Source of the DNA: Spirochaetota bacterium
Lineage (GTDB): Bacteria; Spirochaetota; UBA4802; JAFGDQ01
NCBI GenBank assembly: GCA_043803405.1
Contig: JAZDKB010000030.1
Span: 1 to 46,524, forward strand
Direction: 5' to 3'
DNA length: 46,524 nucleotides
The position numbers and the translations under genes were made by a program. Positions 29,878 through 39,570 of the stretch are shown here, one piece after another (the first letter of the stretch is position 1; the number at the start of each line of letters is the position of its first letter). The notes under the pieces are model-generated. The model was given only the letters and a program-made list of their open reading frames with translations. It was not told the origin of the DNA and ran no database searches.

Positions 29878-30648
29878 ATGAAAAGAGCACCCATTGAACT
29901 GAATAGAATGCTTAATCCGCTTTTTATGAATACACGGCTAAAGCTAATAGAAGACAGTTCCCGGCAATCTGAAAATAAATACAGGCAGTTTATTGAGAAA
30001 CTTGAGAAGGAGAATATTTCGCTTAATAAGAAAATATTTCAGACAGTGGAAGAAGAGCGGCATAAGATTTCGAAAGATCTCCATGACGGAATAGGCCAGA
30101 CGATTTTAGCTGCCAAGCTAAATATAAATATATACAAAAATAATCCGAAAAAACACGCCGAAAGACTGGAAAAGGCGCTGGAATTATTAGATGGTATCAG
30201 CCGGGAAATCCGGGAGATTTGTTATAACCTGTATCCCGGTATACTTAATGAAAGCAGTCTTGACTCCGCAATCCGAAGGAATGTGCAGAATACTTTAGAC
30301 GCATGCGGCTTTAATACTGATATAAATATTAAACTTAACAGGAATCTCCCGTATAATATAGCAGTTAATATTTATAAAATTATACAGGAGATAATTTCCA
30401 ATACCATAAAACATTCGAAAGCCGATACATTCATTCTCGATCTGCGTTGTGAAAACGAATGCCTCATTTTGATATGCGAGGACAACGGGATTGGTTTTAA
30501 AAAAAATAAAATTAAACACGGAAGCGCCGGCTTTGGCCTGTCCAATATCCGGCACAGGATTGAGTCTGTCGGAGGCATTTTGGCTCTTGATTCGGAAGAG
30601 GGGAAGGGAACTAAAATCAAAATAGTTATTATGGAAAATTTTTTATGA
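29878..30648 (+). CDS. Sensor-less HisKA_3 (NarX/DegS-type) histidine kinase
   Basis: EEERHKISKDLHDGIGQ, QEIISNTIKHS, DNGIGF and GFGLSNI motifs. Confidence 0.88.
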   Translation: MKRAPIELNRMLNPLFMNTRLKLIEDSSRQSENKYRQFIEKLEKENISLNKKIFQTVEEERHKISKDLHDGIGQTILAAKLNINIYKNNPKKHAERLEKALELLDGISREIREICYNLYPGILNESSLDSAIRRNVQNTLDACGFNTDINIKLNRNLPYNIAVNIYKIIQEIISNTIKHSKADTFILDLRCENECLILICEDNGIGFKKNKIKHGSAGFGLSNIRHRIESVGGILALDSEEGKGTKIKIVIMENFL

Positions 30649-31304
30649 ATAAAGTGCGCATATTTCTGGCGGACGACCATTGCGTTTTGCGAGAGGGCCT
30701 CAAATATGTAATAAAATCAAATCCGGATTATGAAATTATCGGCGAGTCGGGAGACGGCAAGGATACTCTTGAAAAAATAGAAAAATTAAAACCGGATATT
30801 GTACTGCTGGATATATCCATGCCTACCATGACAGGAATTGAAGTAGCCAGGCAGATAAGGAAATACATTCCCGGAACAAGGGTCATTATCTTTTCAAGAC
30901 ATGATAATGAAGAATATATCCATCAGGTTATGAAGTATGGTGTAAAAGCATATATCCTGAAGGATGATACAAGCGAGGATGTTCTTAAGGCAATTAAGGA
31001 AGTGCTGAAAGGCAATATATTCTTAAGCGGAAGTATATCTACAAAAATAGTTTCCGATTTTTTTACAGCTCAAAAATATACAAGGAACAAAAAAAAGAAT
31101 TCAATTTTTGATATTCTCTCAAATCGTGAAATTGAAATATTAAAACTTATTACAGAAGGAAAACCGACTGCAAAAATTGCCTTGAACCTGCGCATTTCGG
31201 AAAACACCGTTAAAGCGCACAGGGCGAATATTATGAAAAAGCTGAATGTCCATAAAGTTACCAACCTTGTTAAGTACGCGATCAGAAGCGGCCTTGTGGA
31301 ATAA
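30645..31304 (+). CDS. NarL/LuxR-family response regulator
   Basis: ADDH, LDISMP; LSNREIEIL...ISENTVKAHRANIMKKL HTH. Confidence 0.93.
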   Translation: MNKVRIFLADDHCVLREGLKYVIKSNPDYEIIGESGDGKDTLEKIEKLKPDIVLLDISMPTMTGIEVARQIRKYIPGTRVIIFSRHDNEEYIHQVMKYGVKAYILKDDTSEDVLKAIKEVLKGNIFLSGSISTKIVSDFFTAQKYTRNKKKNSIFDILSNREIEILKLITEGKPTAKIALNLRISENTVKAHRANIMKKLNVHKVTNLVKYAIRSGLVE

Positions 31305-31368
31305 ATAAAAAAAACTGTAATATTAATAATTGTTGTTAAGGCCTCAATCTTGCCTGTCAGAGCAGTAA

Positions 31369-31530
31369 CCTCGTATGAATCTTTCGCGCCCTCGCATACC
31401 TAAGGCTTCCCCTCGCATGAATCTTTCAAATCCTCGCATATATATTGCTTCCTCTCGCATGAATCATCCACGACCTTGCATATATAAGACTTCCTCTCGC
31501 ATGATTTTTCCGCAACCTCGAATATATGAC
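31369..31530. repeat. Tandem array of eight 21-bp units in alternating A/B types
   Basis: Core YCTCGCAT at 31369, 31390, 31411, 31432, 31453, 31474, 31495 and 31516. Confidence 0.85.
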
Positions 31531-31594
31531 TTATAGAATATGGAAACAGGATAAAATCAATGAGCATTTGCTGATCCCCATAGATTAATAGAAT

Positions 31595-31652
31595 TAATCC
31601 TTTTATATTATTATCTTACTAATCCTTTTACTTCTGTAAATTAATCCTTTTT
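31595..31652. promoter_or_regulatory. Three direct repeats TAATCCTTTT upstream of cheW
   Basis: Copies at 31595, 31620 and 31642. Confidence 0.5.
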
Positions 31653-31734
31653 ATCTTTAACTTTAGTGTCCCTCTAGTCTTTTTTATTTTTTATTCCCGC
31701 GCTATCATTCAAATCAGTTAAACTATGGGAGGTA

Positions 31735-32229
31735 ATGATGGAAAGTTTAATAAATAAAAAAAACGCGTCTGCAGCGGAGCAGCGCAAGTATATTGCCTTT
31801 AAACTTGGAGATGAGCTATATGCGGTAAACGTGATGAACGCCCAGGAAGTAATGGGAATGATCCCAATCGGGCATGTGCCCGATACGCAGCCGTACATGA
31901 AGGGAGTGATTGATTTACGGGGAACTATTGTGCCAATTGTGGATCTTCGCGTTAAGTACGGTATGGAAGAAAAAGCATACAATGATGATACGGCAATAAT
32001 GATTACTGAAATGCATAATGAATTAGTCGGCCTTGTTGTGGATTCCGTAGTGGATGTTCTTCAGCTTTCAATTGAGGACATCCAGCATACTCCGCATTTT
32101 ACCGCGAAAGCAGACAGGGATTCGGTTGAAGGTATCGGTAAAGTTAATGATGAAATCATTATTGTACTCGAAGCGAACAGGATGCTTTCTGCAGATGAGA
32201 TGAAGGGGCTGGCACAGGCTAATATCTAA
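31735..32229 (+). CDS. cheW: Chemotaxis coupling protein CheW
   Basis: GVIDLRGTIVPIVDLR and GLVVDSVVDV motifs. Confidence 0.92.
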   Translation: MMESLINKKNASAAEQRKYIAFKLGDELYAVNVMNAQEVMGMIPIGHVPDTQPYMKGVIDLRGTIVPIVDLRVKYGMEEKAYNDDTAIMITEMHNELVGLVVDSVVDVLQLSIEDIQHTPHFTAKADRDSVEGIGKVNDEIIIVLEANRMLSADEMKGLAQANI

Positions 32230-32313
32230 AATATTTTTTCCCCGGTTTACAGCTCCGGTGAAGATGCAGTCGGTTTAAATATTAAAGAAATATTCCACAA
32301 GGAGGATGGTGAT

Positions 32314-35220
32314 ATGTTTAATAATTTAAAGATCGGTAAAAAATTAGGTTTGGGCTTTGCGGTCGGAGCCGTAATAATTGTTATTCTGTCGGTATATTCC
32401 CTTTTTCAGTTATCCGGATTAAAGAATAATATCCAGGTGCTTGCAGAGGACAGGTTTCCAAAGACTCTCTGGGCTAATACCATTATAAATAACATCAATA
32501 TTGCGGCCAGGGCGATTCGTAATATTCTGCTTGTGAGAGATATCGAAACGATGAAAACAGAGTCCAGGAGAATAGATGATGTCCGTGTAGCCATAACCGA
32601 GAATATGGAAAAGCTGGAGAAAACCGTAAAGTCGGAAAAGGGAAAGGAACTGTTCGATACAGTTAAGAAATCGCGTGAAGTTTATCTTGTGTTCCAGAAA
32701 GAGGTACTTGGATTTGCCTTTGCAGGCAGAAGGGAAGCCGCTGTCGAAGTAATGCTGGGAAAGCTGCGTGAATCCCAGAATAATTACCTTGCAAGCATTC
32801 AAAAACTTCTTGAGTATCAAAACGCGCTTGTTGTTGATGCGGGAAAGCAGGCGGAGTCAACATATAATGTTTCTATGCTCTGGACACTAATTATGTCCGG
32901 CATTGGTATTTTTCTAAGCATAGGCATTGCATTCCTGGTAACAAGAAGCATCAAAAATCCTATTGCGCAATGTGTTGATGTGGCTGAGAAGGTTGCAAAA
33001 GGCGATATGAATGTCACGATCAGCTCTACAAGCAATGACGAAACAGGAATTCTTTTAAATGCAATGAATACCATGATAAAAAATATCGGGGCGCTTGTAT
33101 CCGATGCCAATATTTTAGCAAAGGCAGCAGTAGATGGCAAGCTTGCAACAAGGGCAGATGCGACCAAACATCAGGGCGATTTCAGAAAGATAGTCGAAGG
33201 AGTAAACACTACTCTTGATGCAGTCATAGGCCCGTTGAACGTTGCAGCTGAGTATGTAGATCGCATATCGAACGGCGATATACCGCAAAAGATAACGGAT
33301 ACATATAACGGCGACTTTAACGAGATAAAGAATAATCTCAACAAGTGCATAGATGCTGTAAACAATATGGTATCGGATGCAGGCATACTTGTTAAAGCAG
33401 CAGTAGACGGCAAGCTTGCAACAAGGGCAGATGCGACAAAACACCAGGGCGATTTCAGAAAGATAGTCGAAGGAGTAAACAACACGCTGGATGCAGTCAT
33501 AGGCCCGTTGAATGTAGCAGCAGAGTACGTAGACAGGATATCGAACGGCGACATACCGCAAAAGATAACTGATACGTATAACGGCGACTTTAACGAGATA
33601 AAGAATAATCTGAACAAGTGCATTGAAGCCGTTAACAATATGATTGCTGATGCGAATGTTTTAGCAAAGGCAGCAGTTGACGGGAAGCTGGCGACAAGAG
33701 CAGACGCGACCAAACACCAGGGCGATTTCAGGAAGATAGTCGAGGGAGTAAACAACACGCTGGATGCAGTCATAGGCCCGTTGAACGTAGCAGCAGAGTA
33801 TGTAGACAGGATATCGAACGGCGACATACCGCAAAAGATAACAGATACATATAACGGTGACTTTAACGAGATAAAGAACAACCTGAACAAGTGCATCGAA
33901 GCTGTTAATAATTTAGTTGAGGATGCAGGGATACTTGCAAAGGCAGCTGTAGACGGGAAGCTGGCGACAAGAGCAGACGCGACCAAGCATCAGGGCGATT
34001 TCAGAAAGATCGTCGAAGGAGTGAATAATACTCTTGATGCAGTCATAGGCCCGTTAAACGTTGCAGCAGATTATGTAGATAAGATTTCCAAAGGAAATAT
34101 GCCATCAAAAATTATTGATTCATACAACGGGGATTTTAATGAAATTAAGAATAATCTTAATGCATTGATAGACGCCATTAACGTAGTAACCGACATCTCA
34201 AAAAATATAGCATCAGGGAATCTTGCAGTTAAAGCAGTGAAAAGATCCGAGCAGGATGAACTGATGGCTTCGCTTCAGAAGATGATAGAGGATCTTACGA
34301 GTTTCGCCATTAACGTACAGACCTCTTCGGAACAGGTCGCAACCGGAAGCCAGCAGATAAGTTCGTCCACAGAGCAGATGTCGCAAATGGCAACAGAGCA
34401 GTCTTCCAGCGTAGAAGAAGTAACCAGCTCAATGGAAGAGATGAACAGCGCAGTAGTTCAGAACGCGGATAACGCGAAACAGACAGCTTCCATTTCCGAA
34501 AAGGCAGCAAAAGACGCTCTCGAAGGCGGGAAAGCGGTAACCGATACTGTAAAAGCAATGAAGTCTATTGCGGAGAAGATCGGGATAATCGAAGCGATTG
34601 CAGGGCAGACCAACATGCTTGCGCTTAACGCAGCGATCGAAGCTGCACGGGCCGGGGATCACGGGAAAGGCTTCGCGGTCGTGGCCACTGAAGTACGCAA
34701 CCTTGCGGAGAGAAGCAAGACTGCCGCAAAAGAAATAAGCACTCTTTCACAGGAAAGCGTTAATATTGCCGAACGCGCGGGACAGGTAATTACGGAAATG
34801 GTCCCGCAGATACAGAAGACTTCCGAACTCATCCAGGAAATAAATGTATCCAGTTCGGAACAGGCGCGCGGGATTGAGCAGGTTACAAAAGCTATTGAAC
34901 AGCTTGACAAAGCTATTCAGCAGAACGCGGCAGCTACCGAGGAAATGGCATCCACCAGCGAGGAACTTTCCAGCCAGGCTGACAGCCTTAAGGATGTAGC
35001 GACATTCTTTAAATTTGATGAAAGTGAATTATCGTTAAAGGCCAGGAAAGATCAATCTGCTGCAAAGGATTTTTCAAATGGGAAAAAACAGTCTTATGAA
35101 GGAAAGGCAGCGAAAAAAAGTAAAGTAATAGCGGAAAAACAAGTCAGTATCGAGGAACGGGACAAAGGGGTTGTACTCGATATGAAGACCGGAGAAGACC
35201 AGGAGTTTCAAAGGTATTAA
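32314..35220 (+). CDS. Methyl-accepting chemotaxis protein with 4HB sensor and poly-HAMP repeats
   Basis: Two TM helices; periplasmic 4HB; 91-aa repeats; [30 protein letters not shown] signalling hairpin. Confidence 0.95.
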   Translation: MFNNLKIGKKLGLGFAVGAVIIVILSVYSLFQLSGLKNNIQVLAEDRFPKTLWANTIINNINIAARAIRNILLVRDIETMKTESRRIDDVRVAITENMEKLEKTVKSEKGKELFDTVKKSREVYLVFQKEVLGFAFAGRREAAVEVMLGKLRESQNNYLASIQKLLEYQNALVVDAGKQAESTYNVSMLWTLIMSGIGIFLSIGIAFLVTRSIKNPIAQCVDVAEKVAKGDMNVTISSTSNDETGILLNAMNTMIKNIGALVSDANILAKAAVDGKLATRADATKHQGDFRKIVEGVNTTLDAVIGPLNVAAEYVDRISNGDIPQKITDTYNGDFNEIKNNLNKCIDAVNNMVSDAGILVKAAVDGKLATRADATKHQGDFRKIVEGVNNTLDAVIGPLNVAAEYVDRISNGDIPQKITDTYNGDFNEIKNNLNKCIEAVNNMIADANVLAKAAVDGKLATRADATKHQGDFRKIVEGVNNTLDAVIGPLNVAAEYVDRISNGDIPQKITDTYNGDFNEIKNNLNKCIEAVNNLVEDAGILAKAAVDGKLATRADATKHQGDFRKIVEGVNNTLDAVIGPLNVAADYVDKISKGNMPSKIIDSYNGDFNEIKNNLNALIDAINVVTDISKNIASGNLAVKAVKRSEQDELMASLQKMIEDLTSFAINVQTSSEQVATGSQQISSSTEQMSQMATEQSSSVEEVTSSMEEMNSAVVQNADNAKQTASISEKAAKDALEGGKAVTDTVKAMKSIAEKIGIIEAIAGQTNMLALNAAIEAARAGDHGKGFAVVATEVRNLAERSKTAAKEISTLSQESVNIAERAGQVITEMVPQIQKTSELIQEINVSSSEQARGIEQVTKAIEQLDKAIQQNAAATEEMASTSEELSSQADSLKDVATFFKFDESELSLKARKDQSAAKDFSNGKKQSYEGKAAKKSKVIAEKQVSIEERDKGVVLDMKTGEDQEFQRY
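33121..34170 (+). repeat. Intragenic 273-bp tandem repeats (~3.8 copies)
   Basis: Units start at 33121, 33394, 33667 and 33940. Confidence 0.9.
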
Positions 35221-35307
35221 TCCATAGCGGGAAGCCCTGCATGACGCAGCCTCCCACGTGAGGGAGTTTTTTCACAAAACTATTAGAGTAACACAAAGGA
35301 TACTATT

Positions 35308-35835
35308 ATGGAAAATATACAGGAACAAACTATTCTGCAGCCGGTAAATGATAAATCAGCAAATAACATAGTTCAGTATCTTACTTTTTTTGTAGGTAAA
35401 GAAACATACGGGATCGCGGTTGAGCAGGTTAAAGAAGTGATTGAATATCACCAGGTATATAAGCTGCCAAAGGTTCCGCCTTACATAAGGGGCGTGATTA
35501 ACCTTCGCGGAGAGATATTGCCTGTAATTGACCTTTCATATTTGTTCTATAGCAGAAAAAGCGAGATATCGCCTTCAACAGGCATTATCTTTCTGGAATG
35601 CAAAACAAGCGCGGGAATTACCGTGCTGGGAGTAATTATTGATTCAGTTGAGTCTGTTACCGATATACAGAGCGGCAATATTGAATCTGAGTTTTCATTC
35701 GGAGAAAAAATACGTCATGATTATATAGATGGTGTCGGGAAGGTTGATGGTCGCTTTATTATCCTGCTGAATATAAAAGCTGTGCTTAATATTGAAGAGC
35801 TTTCGAAGTTCAATTCAGGAAAGGTAATTCATTAA
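35308..35835 (+). CDS. cheW: Chemotaxis coupling protein CheW (second copy)
   Basis: GVINLRGEILPVIDL and GVIIDSVESV motifs. Confidence 0.9.
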   Translation: MENIQEQTILQPVNDKSANNIVQYLTFFVGKETYGIAVEQVKEVIEYHQVYKLPKVPPYIRGVINLRGEILPVIDLSYLFYSRKSEISPSTGIIFLECKTSAGITVLGVIIDSVESVTDIQSGNIESEFSFGEKIRHDYIDGVGKVDGRFIILLNIKAVLNIEELSKFNSGKVIH

Positions 35836-35903
35836 TTAAAAATAACCGGCTACAGCTGTTTGCAGTCAGCAGCACGGACACTTGAGCTTTGGGAAGACAA
35901 CCT

Positions 35904-36506
35904 ATGGCATTTACTTATTTCTTTCGGGACATGCCTGTGCTTGAACTGGCTATTCGTCATTTTATTCCCTATGTTACAGGGAGAAGTAAAATTTATATCT
36001 GGGACGCAGGTTGTGCAATGGGGCCTGAACCTTATTCGCTGTCCATACTGCTTGCAGAGAGCATGGGAAATTTCGCGTTCAGAAACCTGCAAATAATAGC
36101 CTCGGATATTGATGAAAGCGGCGACTTCGATAAAATAATAGACCGGGGGATCTACCATGAAGAGCCGCTAAGCAGGATACCGCCCGATTTGCTTGCAAAG
36201 TATTTTTCACCTGCAAGCGAGAAGGGCTATTTTAAGCTGGATAACAGTATAATAAACTCGGTTAAATATTTGCGCCATGATCTGCTCTCGCTTAAGCCCG
36301 TCAGGGATGATTTCAGCTTAATAGTTTGCAAGAATGTTCTTTTGCATTTTCAGCAAAACGAGAGGATCGAAGTAATAAAAATGTTTTACAATTCCCTTGC
36401 AGCGGGAGGCTATTTTGTTACGGAGCAGACGCAAAAATTTCCCGATGAAATTAATTATCTTTTTGAACGGGTAGCGCCTGATTCACACTTATTTAAGAAG
36501 AAATAA
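35904..36506 (+). CDS. Short CheR-like methyltransferase lacking the N-terminal domain
   Basis: Begins MAFTYFFRD; IWDAGCAMGPEPYS, HDLL and CKNVL motifs. Confidence 0.8.
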   Translation: MAFTYFFRDMPVLELAIRHFIPYVTGRSKIYIWDAGCAMGPEPYSLSILLAESMGNFAFRNLQIIASDIDESGDFDKIIDRGIYHEEPLSRIPPDLLAKYFSPASEKGYFKLDNSIINSVKYLRHDLLSLKPVRDDFSLIVCKNVLLHFQQNERIEVIKMFYNSLAAGGYFVTEQTQKFPDEINYLFERVAPDSHLFKKK

Positions 36507-36511
36507 TTATT

Positions 36512-37129
36512 ATGAAAATAATCATGCTTAAAAAAAATCCTGCTATTTATACGTGCAATGCTTATCTCATACTTGGATCGTGGAACCGTCTGGAAGATGT
36601 CAATACCCTGGTCGATGTGGGGCAGGACGGTTATATAATTAATGAAATAGACAGTATATCTACCGGGCTCGGCAAACGGCCGGTCGAATTAGTGGTTTTT
36701 ACGCATAATCATTTTGATCATGCCGCAGGCTTAAAGGCAATAAAGGAAAAGTACAATCCTTTGATATACGCTTACAATAAATTCGACGGTGTTGATTTTA
36801 CATTAACCGACGGCCAGGTATTGGGGATAGGCGACAATTTTTTTGAAGTAATACATGTGCCCGGACATTCAGACGACTCTATTATGCTGTATTGCAGGAG
36901 AGAAAAAATAATTTTTTCCGGGGATACTTCATTAAACATCAGGTCCAATGACGCAACTTATTCCGATAAGTTTATTTCAATAATTGAGCGCTTATCCAGA
37001 CTGGAAATTAACGTAATATATCCGGGCCATGATGAATCCATTATATATGAAGCGCATAAAACTATAGTGCAAACATATAACAACATCAGAAAAAAAACCG
37101 AATTGCTTAAAAGTGAAAGCCGCAGCTAA
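36512..37129 (+). CDS. MBL-fold metallo-hydrolase (glyoxalase II-like)
   Basis: THNHFDH, PGHS, SGD and YPGH motifs. Confidence 0.88.
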   Translation: MKIIMLKKNPAIYTCNAYLILGSWNRLEDVNTLVDVGQDGYIINEIDSISTGLGKRPVELVVFTHNHFDHAAGLKAIKEKYNPLIYAYNKFDGVDFTLTDGQVLGIGDNFFEVIHVPGHSDDSIMLYCRREKIIFSGDTSLNIRSNDATYSDKFISIIERLSRLEINVIYPGHDESIIYEAHKTIVQTYNNIRKKTELLKSESRS

Positions 37130-37189
37130 AAAACTGATAAAAAAATATTTTTTAAATAACGCAAATGCTATGATTTAATTAACAAAACC

Positions 37190-38041
37190 ATGAATGTCAA
37201 TAATGCTCATCCCGATATGCCGGATCATATTTTTGAAAAATTCTCCAGGCTGATATATGATGAATCCGGCATTAATCTGAATAAAGGTAAAAAGGTGATG
37301 CTAACATCCCGTTTGAATAAAAGACTCAAAGAACTGGAGATTGACTCTTATTCCGGTTATTACGATTATCTGTGTAATTCAAAAAGCAGGCATGATGAAT
37401 TATTTAAATTAATCGATGTTGTTTCAACGAATAAAACCGATTTTTTCAGAGAAGACGCGCATTTTAATTTTCTTTTAACAGTGGCTCTCCCTGTTATTAC
37501 AAGGGCTAAGATCGGGAGTAACAGAGAATTTATAAATATATGGAGCGCGGGTTGTTCGTCAGGCGAGGAGGCATATACGATTGCTGTTGTCTGTGCCGAA
37601 CACTTTAAGAGCTGCAGCGCCGGCTTCAGTATTCTCGCCACGGACATCTCGAACAGGGTTCTTGAAAAGGCAAAAAATGCGATTTATCAGAACAATTTAA
37701 CAGACAATGTTCCATCGGCGCTGCGACGTAAATATTTTATGATGGGGAAAGGTAATAAAGCAGGTTATCACAAGGTAGTGCCGGAGCTCCGGGAAAAAGT
37801 CGTTATAAAACGGCATAATCTTATCAATGATGATTTTAGAAACATACCAAGGATGGACATCATCTTTTGCAGGAATGTTATAATTTATTTTGACAGGGAA
37901 ACCCAGATTAAACTGCATAAAAAGCTGCTGGATAATCTTAATACAGGAGGTTATCTGTTTATCGGACATTCGGAAACATTATTAAACGCGGGTGAAAATG
38001 TGAACCGTATTGAGCCTACGATTTATTGCAAATTAAAATAG
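37190..38041 (+). CDS. cheR: Chemotaxis methyltransferase CheR
   Basis: TNKTDFFRE, WSAGCSSGEEAY, FCRNVIIYF and IGHSE motifs. Confidence 0.93.
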   Translation: MNVNNAHPDMPDHIFEKFSRLIYDESGINLNKGKKVMLTSRLNKRLKELEIDSYSGYYDYLCNSKSRHDELFKLIDVVSTNKTDFFREDAHFNFLLTVALPVITRAKIGSNREFINIWSAGCSSGEEAYTIAVVCAEHFKSCSAGFSILATDISNRVLEKAKNAIYQNNLTDNVPSALRRKYFMMGKGNKAGYHKVVPELREKVVIKRHNLINDDFRNIPRMDIIFCRNVIIYFDRETQIKLHKKLLDNLNTGGYLFIGHSETLLNAGENVNRIEPTIYCKLK

Positions 38042-38065
38042 ACTTGTTGTGCAACAGTCGGAACG

Positions 38066-38250
38066 AGGGGCTGTCTTATGCTAAAATTTTTGCCCTCATG
38101 CCCTCACCCTCCTAACCTCCCTCTCCCATAAAAATTGGAGAGGGAGGAACTTAACCCTCGCCCGCGCTTCGCGGGAGAGGGTGCATGGCGCGATAGCGCC
38201 AGGCGGGTGAGGGTACTGAAGCGTAATCCGTTTAGCATGAGGCAGCCCTG
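38066..38250. mobile_element. 185-bp non-coding MITE-like element with ~18-bp TIRs and 10-bp target duplication
   Basis: GGGCTGTCTTATGCTAAA ... TTTAGCATGAGGCAGCCC; flanked by AGTCGGAACG at 38056-38065 and 38251-38260. Confidence 0.75.
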
Positions 38251-38350
38251 AGTCGGAACGTGAGTTAAGATTTGCAAATAGTTTAGAGTGTGTTTCATAT
38301 TATGATCTCACAATAGATTTTTGGGCACACTCTTAATGAACAGAAGGATA

Positions 38351-39451
38351 ATGATGCCGGAACAAAATGAAACCCGAAAAAAGATACGCGTGCTGGTAGT
38401 GGACGATTCGGCTGTTGTCAGGGAAGCGATGAGCGCTGTCCTCGAATCCGATCCCGGGATAGAGATAATGGCTACGGCAATAGACCCAATACACGCAGCC
38501 GAAAAGATTAAAAAAGAAGTTCCGGATGTAATAACACTGGATATTGAGATGCCAAGGATGGATGGGATCACATTTCTGCAAAAGATCATGAGCCAGCATC
38601 CCATACCGGTTGTTATTTGCTCAAGCCTTGCGCAGGAAGGGGCTGAGACTACTTTAAAAGCCCTGGAATACGGGGCTGTTGATATTATCCTTAAGCCTAA
38701 AATGGGAGTGAAAGATTTTCTTGAGGAATCACGGATACATATCATTGACTCTGTTAAAGCTGCCGCACAGTCGCATGTGAAAAAAATTTCCAGGATCGGG
38801 ATAATTAAAAGGTCTTCTCCCAAGCTCACAGCGGATGCGGTTATTATGGCAAAGCCGGGACGCGCTGCCATGATACGGACTACGGAGAAGGTTGTTGTGG
38901 TCGGAGCTTCCACCGGCGGCACTGAAGCTCTTCGCGAGTTGCTTGAGGGAATGCCGCCCGACAGCCCTGCAATGGCGATTGTGCAGCATATGCCGGAAAA
39001 TTTTACCAGGGCTTTTGCCAACCGTCTGAATGATATTTGCGAAATCGAAGTAAAAGAAGCGGCAGACGGGGATACCATGATACGCGGCCGGGCTTTAATT
39101 GCTCCGGGGAACAAACATCTTTTAATACAGCGCAGCGGCGCGAGATATTACGTCAATATAAAAGAGGGCCCGCTGGTTTGCAGGCACAGGCCGTCGGTGG
39201 ACGTTCTGTTCCGCTCCGCTGCCGAATTTGCAGGGGCGAATACAGTAGGCGTCATCATGACAGGCATGGGTGACGACGGCGCGCGCGGAATGCTCGAAAT
39301 GAAAAACGCCGGCGCTTTTACAATCGCGCAGGACGAAAAGTCGTGCATTGTATTCGGGATGCCTAACGAAGCGATAAAAAGAAATGCCGTGGATAAAGTG
39401 CTGCCGCTTAAATCAATTGCCGGAGAAATTATTAAGGAATGCTTATTATAA
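38351..39451 (+). CDS. cheB: Chemotaxis methylesterase CheB (REC plus esterase)
   Basis: VVDDS, GASTGG, QHMP, RPSVD, TGMGDDG and FGMP motifs; start 38351/38354 after AAGGA. Confidence 0.95.
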   Translation: MMPEQNETRKKIRVLVVDDSAVVREAMSAVLESDPGIEIMATAIDPIHAAEKIKKEVPDVITLDIEMPRMDGITFLQKIMSQHPIPVVICSSLAQEGAETTLKALEYGAVDIILKPKMGVKDFLEESRIHIIDSVKAAAQSHVKKISRIGIIKRSSPKLTADAVIMAKPGRAAMIRTTEKVVVVGASTGGTEALRELLEGMPPDSPAMAIVQHMPENFTRAFANRLNDICEIEVKEAADGDTMIRGRALIAPGNKHLLIQRSGARYYVNIKEGPLVCRHRPSVDVLFRSAAEFAGANTVGVIMTGMGDDGARGMLEMKNAGAFTIAQDEKSCIVFGMPNEAIKRNAVDKVLPLKSIAGEIIKECLL

Positions 39452-39453
39452 AA

Positions 39454-39534
39454 CCTCACCCCCCCGGCCCCCTCTCCCATTAATTAAAAGAAAAGGAGAG
39501 GGGGAGTATATGAGTACGGACCGGAGGTTAGGGA
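39454..39534. repeat. REP-like hairpin element
   Basis: CCTCACCCCCCCGGCCCCCTCTCC...GGAGAGGGGG...CCGGAGGTTAGG, similar to the interior of 38066..38250. Confidence 0.6.
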
Positions 39535-39570
39535 TTAAAAAGCTCAAATAAAAAAAATGGAGGAACGGTT

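Noticed and set aside
31369..31530. CRISPR array
   Set aside because: Contiguous degenerate 21-bp units with no unique spacers, and no cas genes in the window.
33115..33986. Long antisense ORFs over the MCP repeats, and similar ones over cheB, cheA and flgK
   Set aside because: Shadow ORFs caused by codon bias and repeats of well-supported genes on the other strand.
38104..38298. 64-aa minus-strand ORF between cheR and cheB
   Set aside because: Spans the GC-rich palindromic element, antisense to the operon, with no protein-like features.
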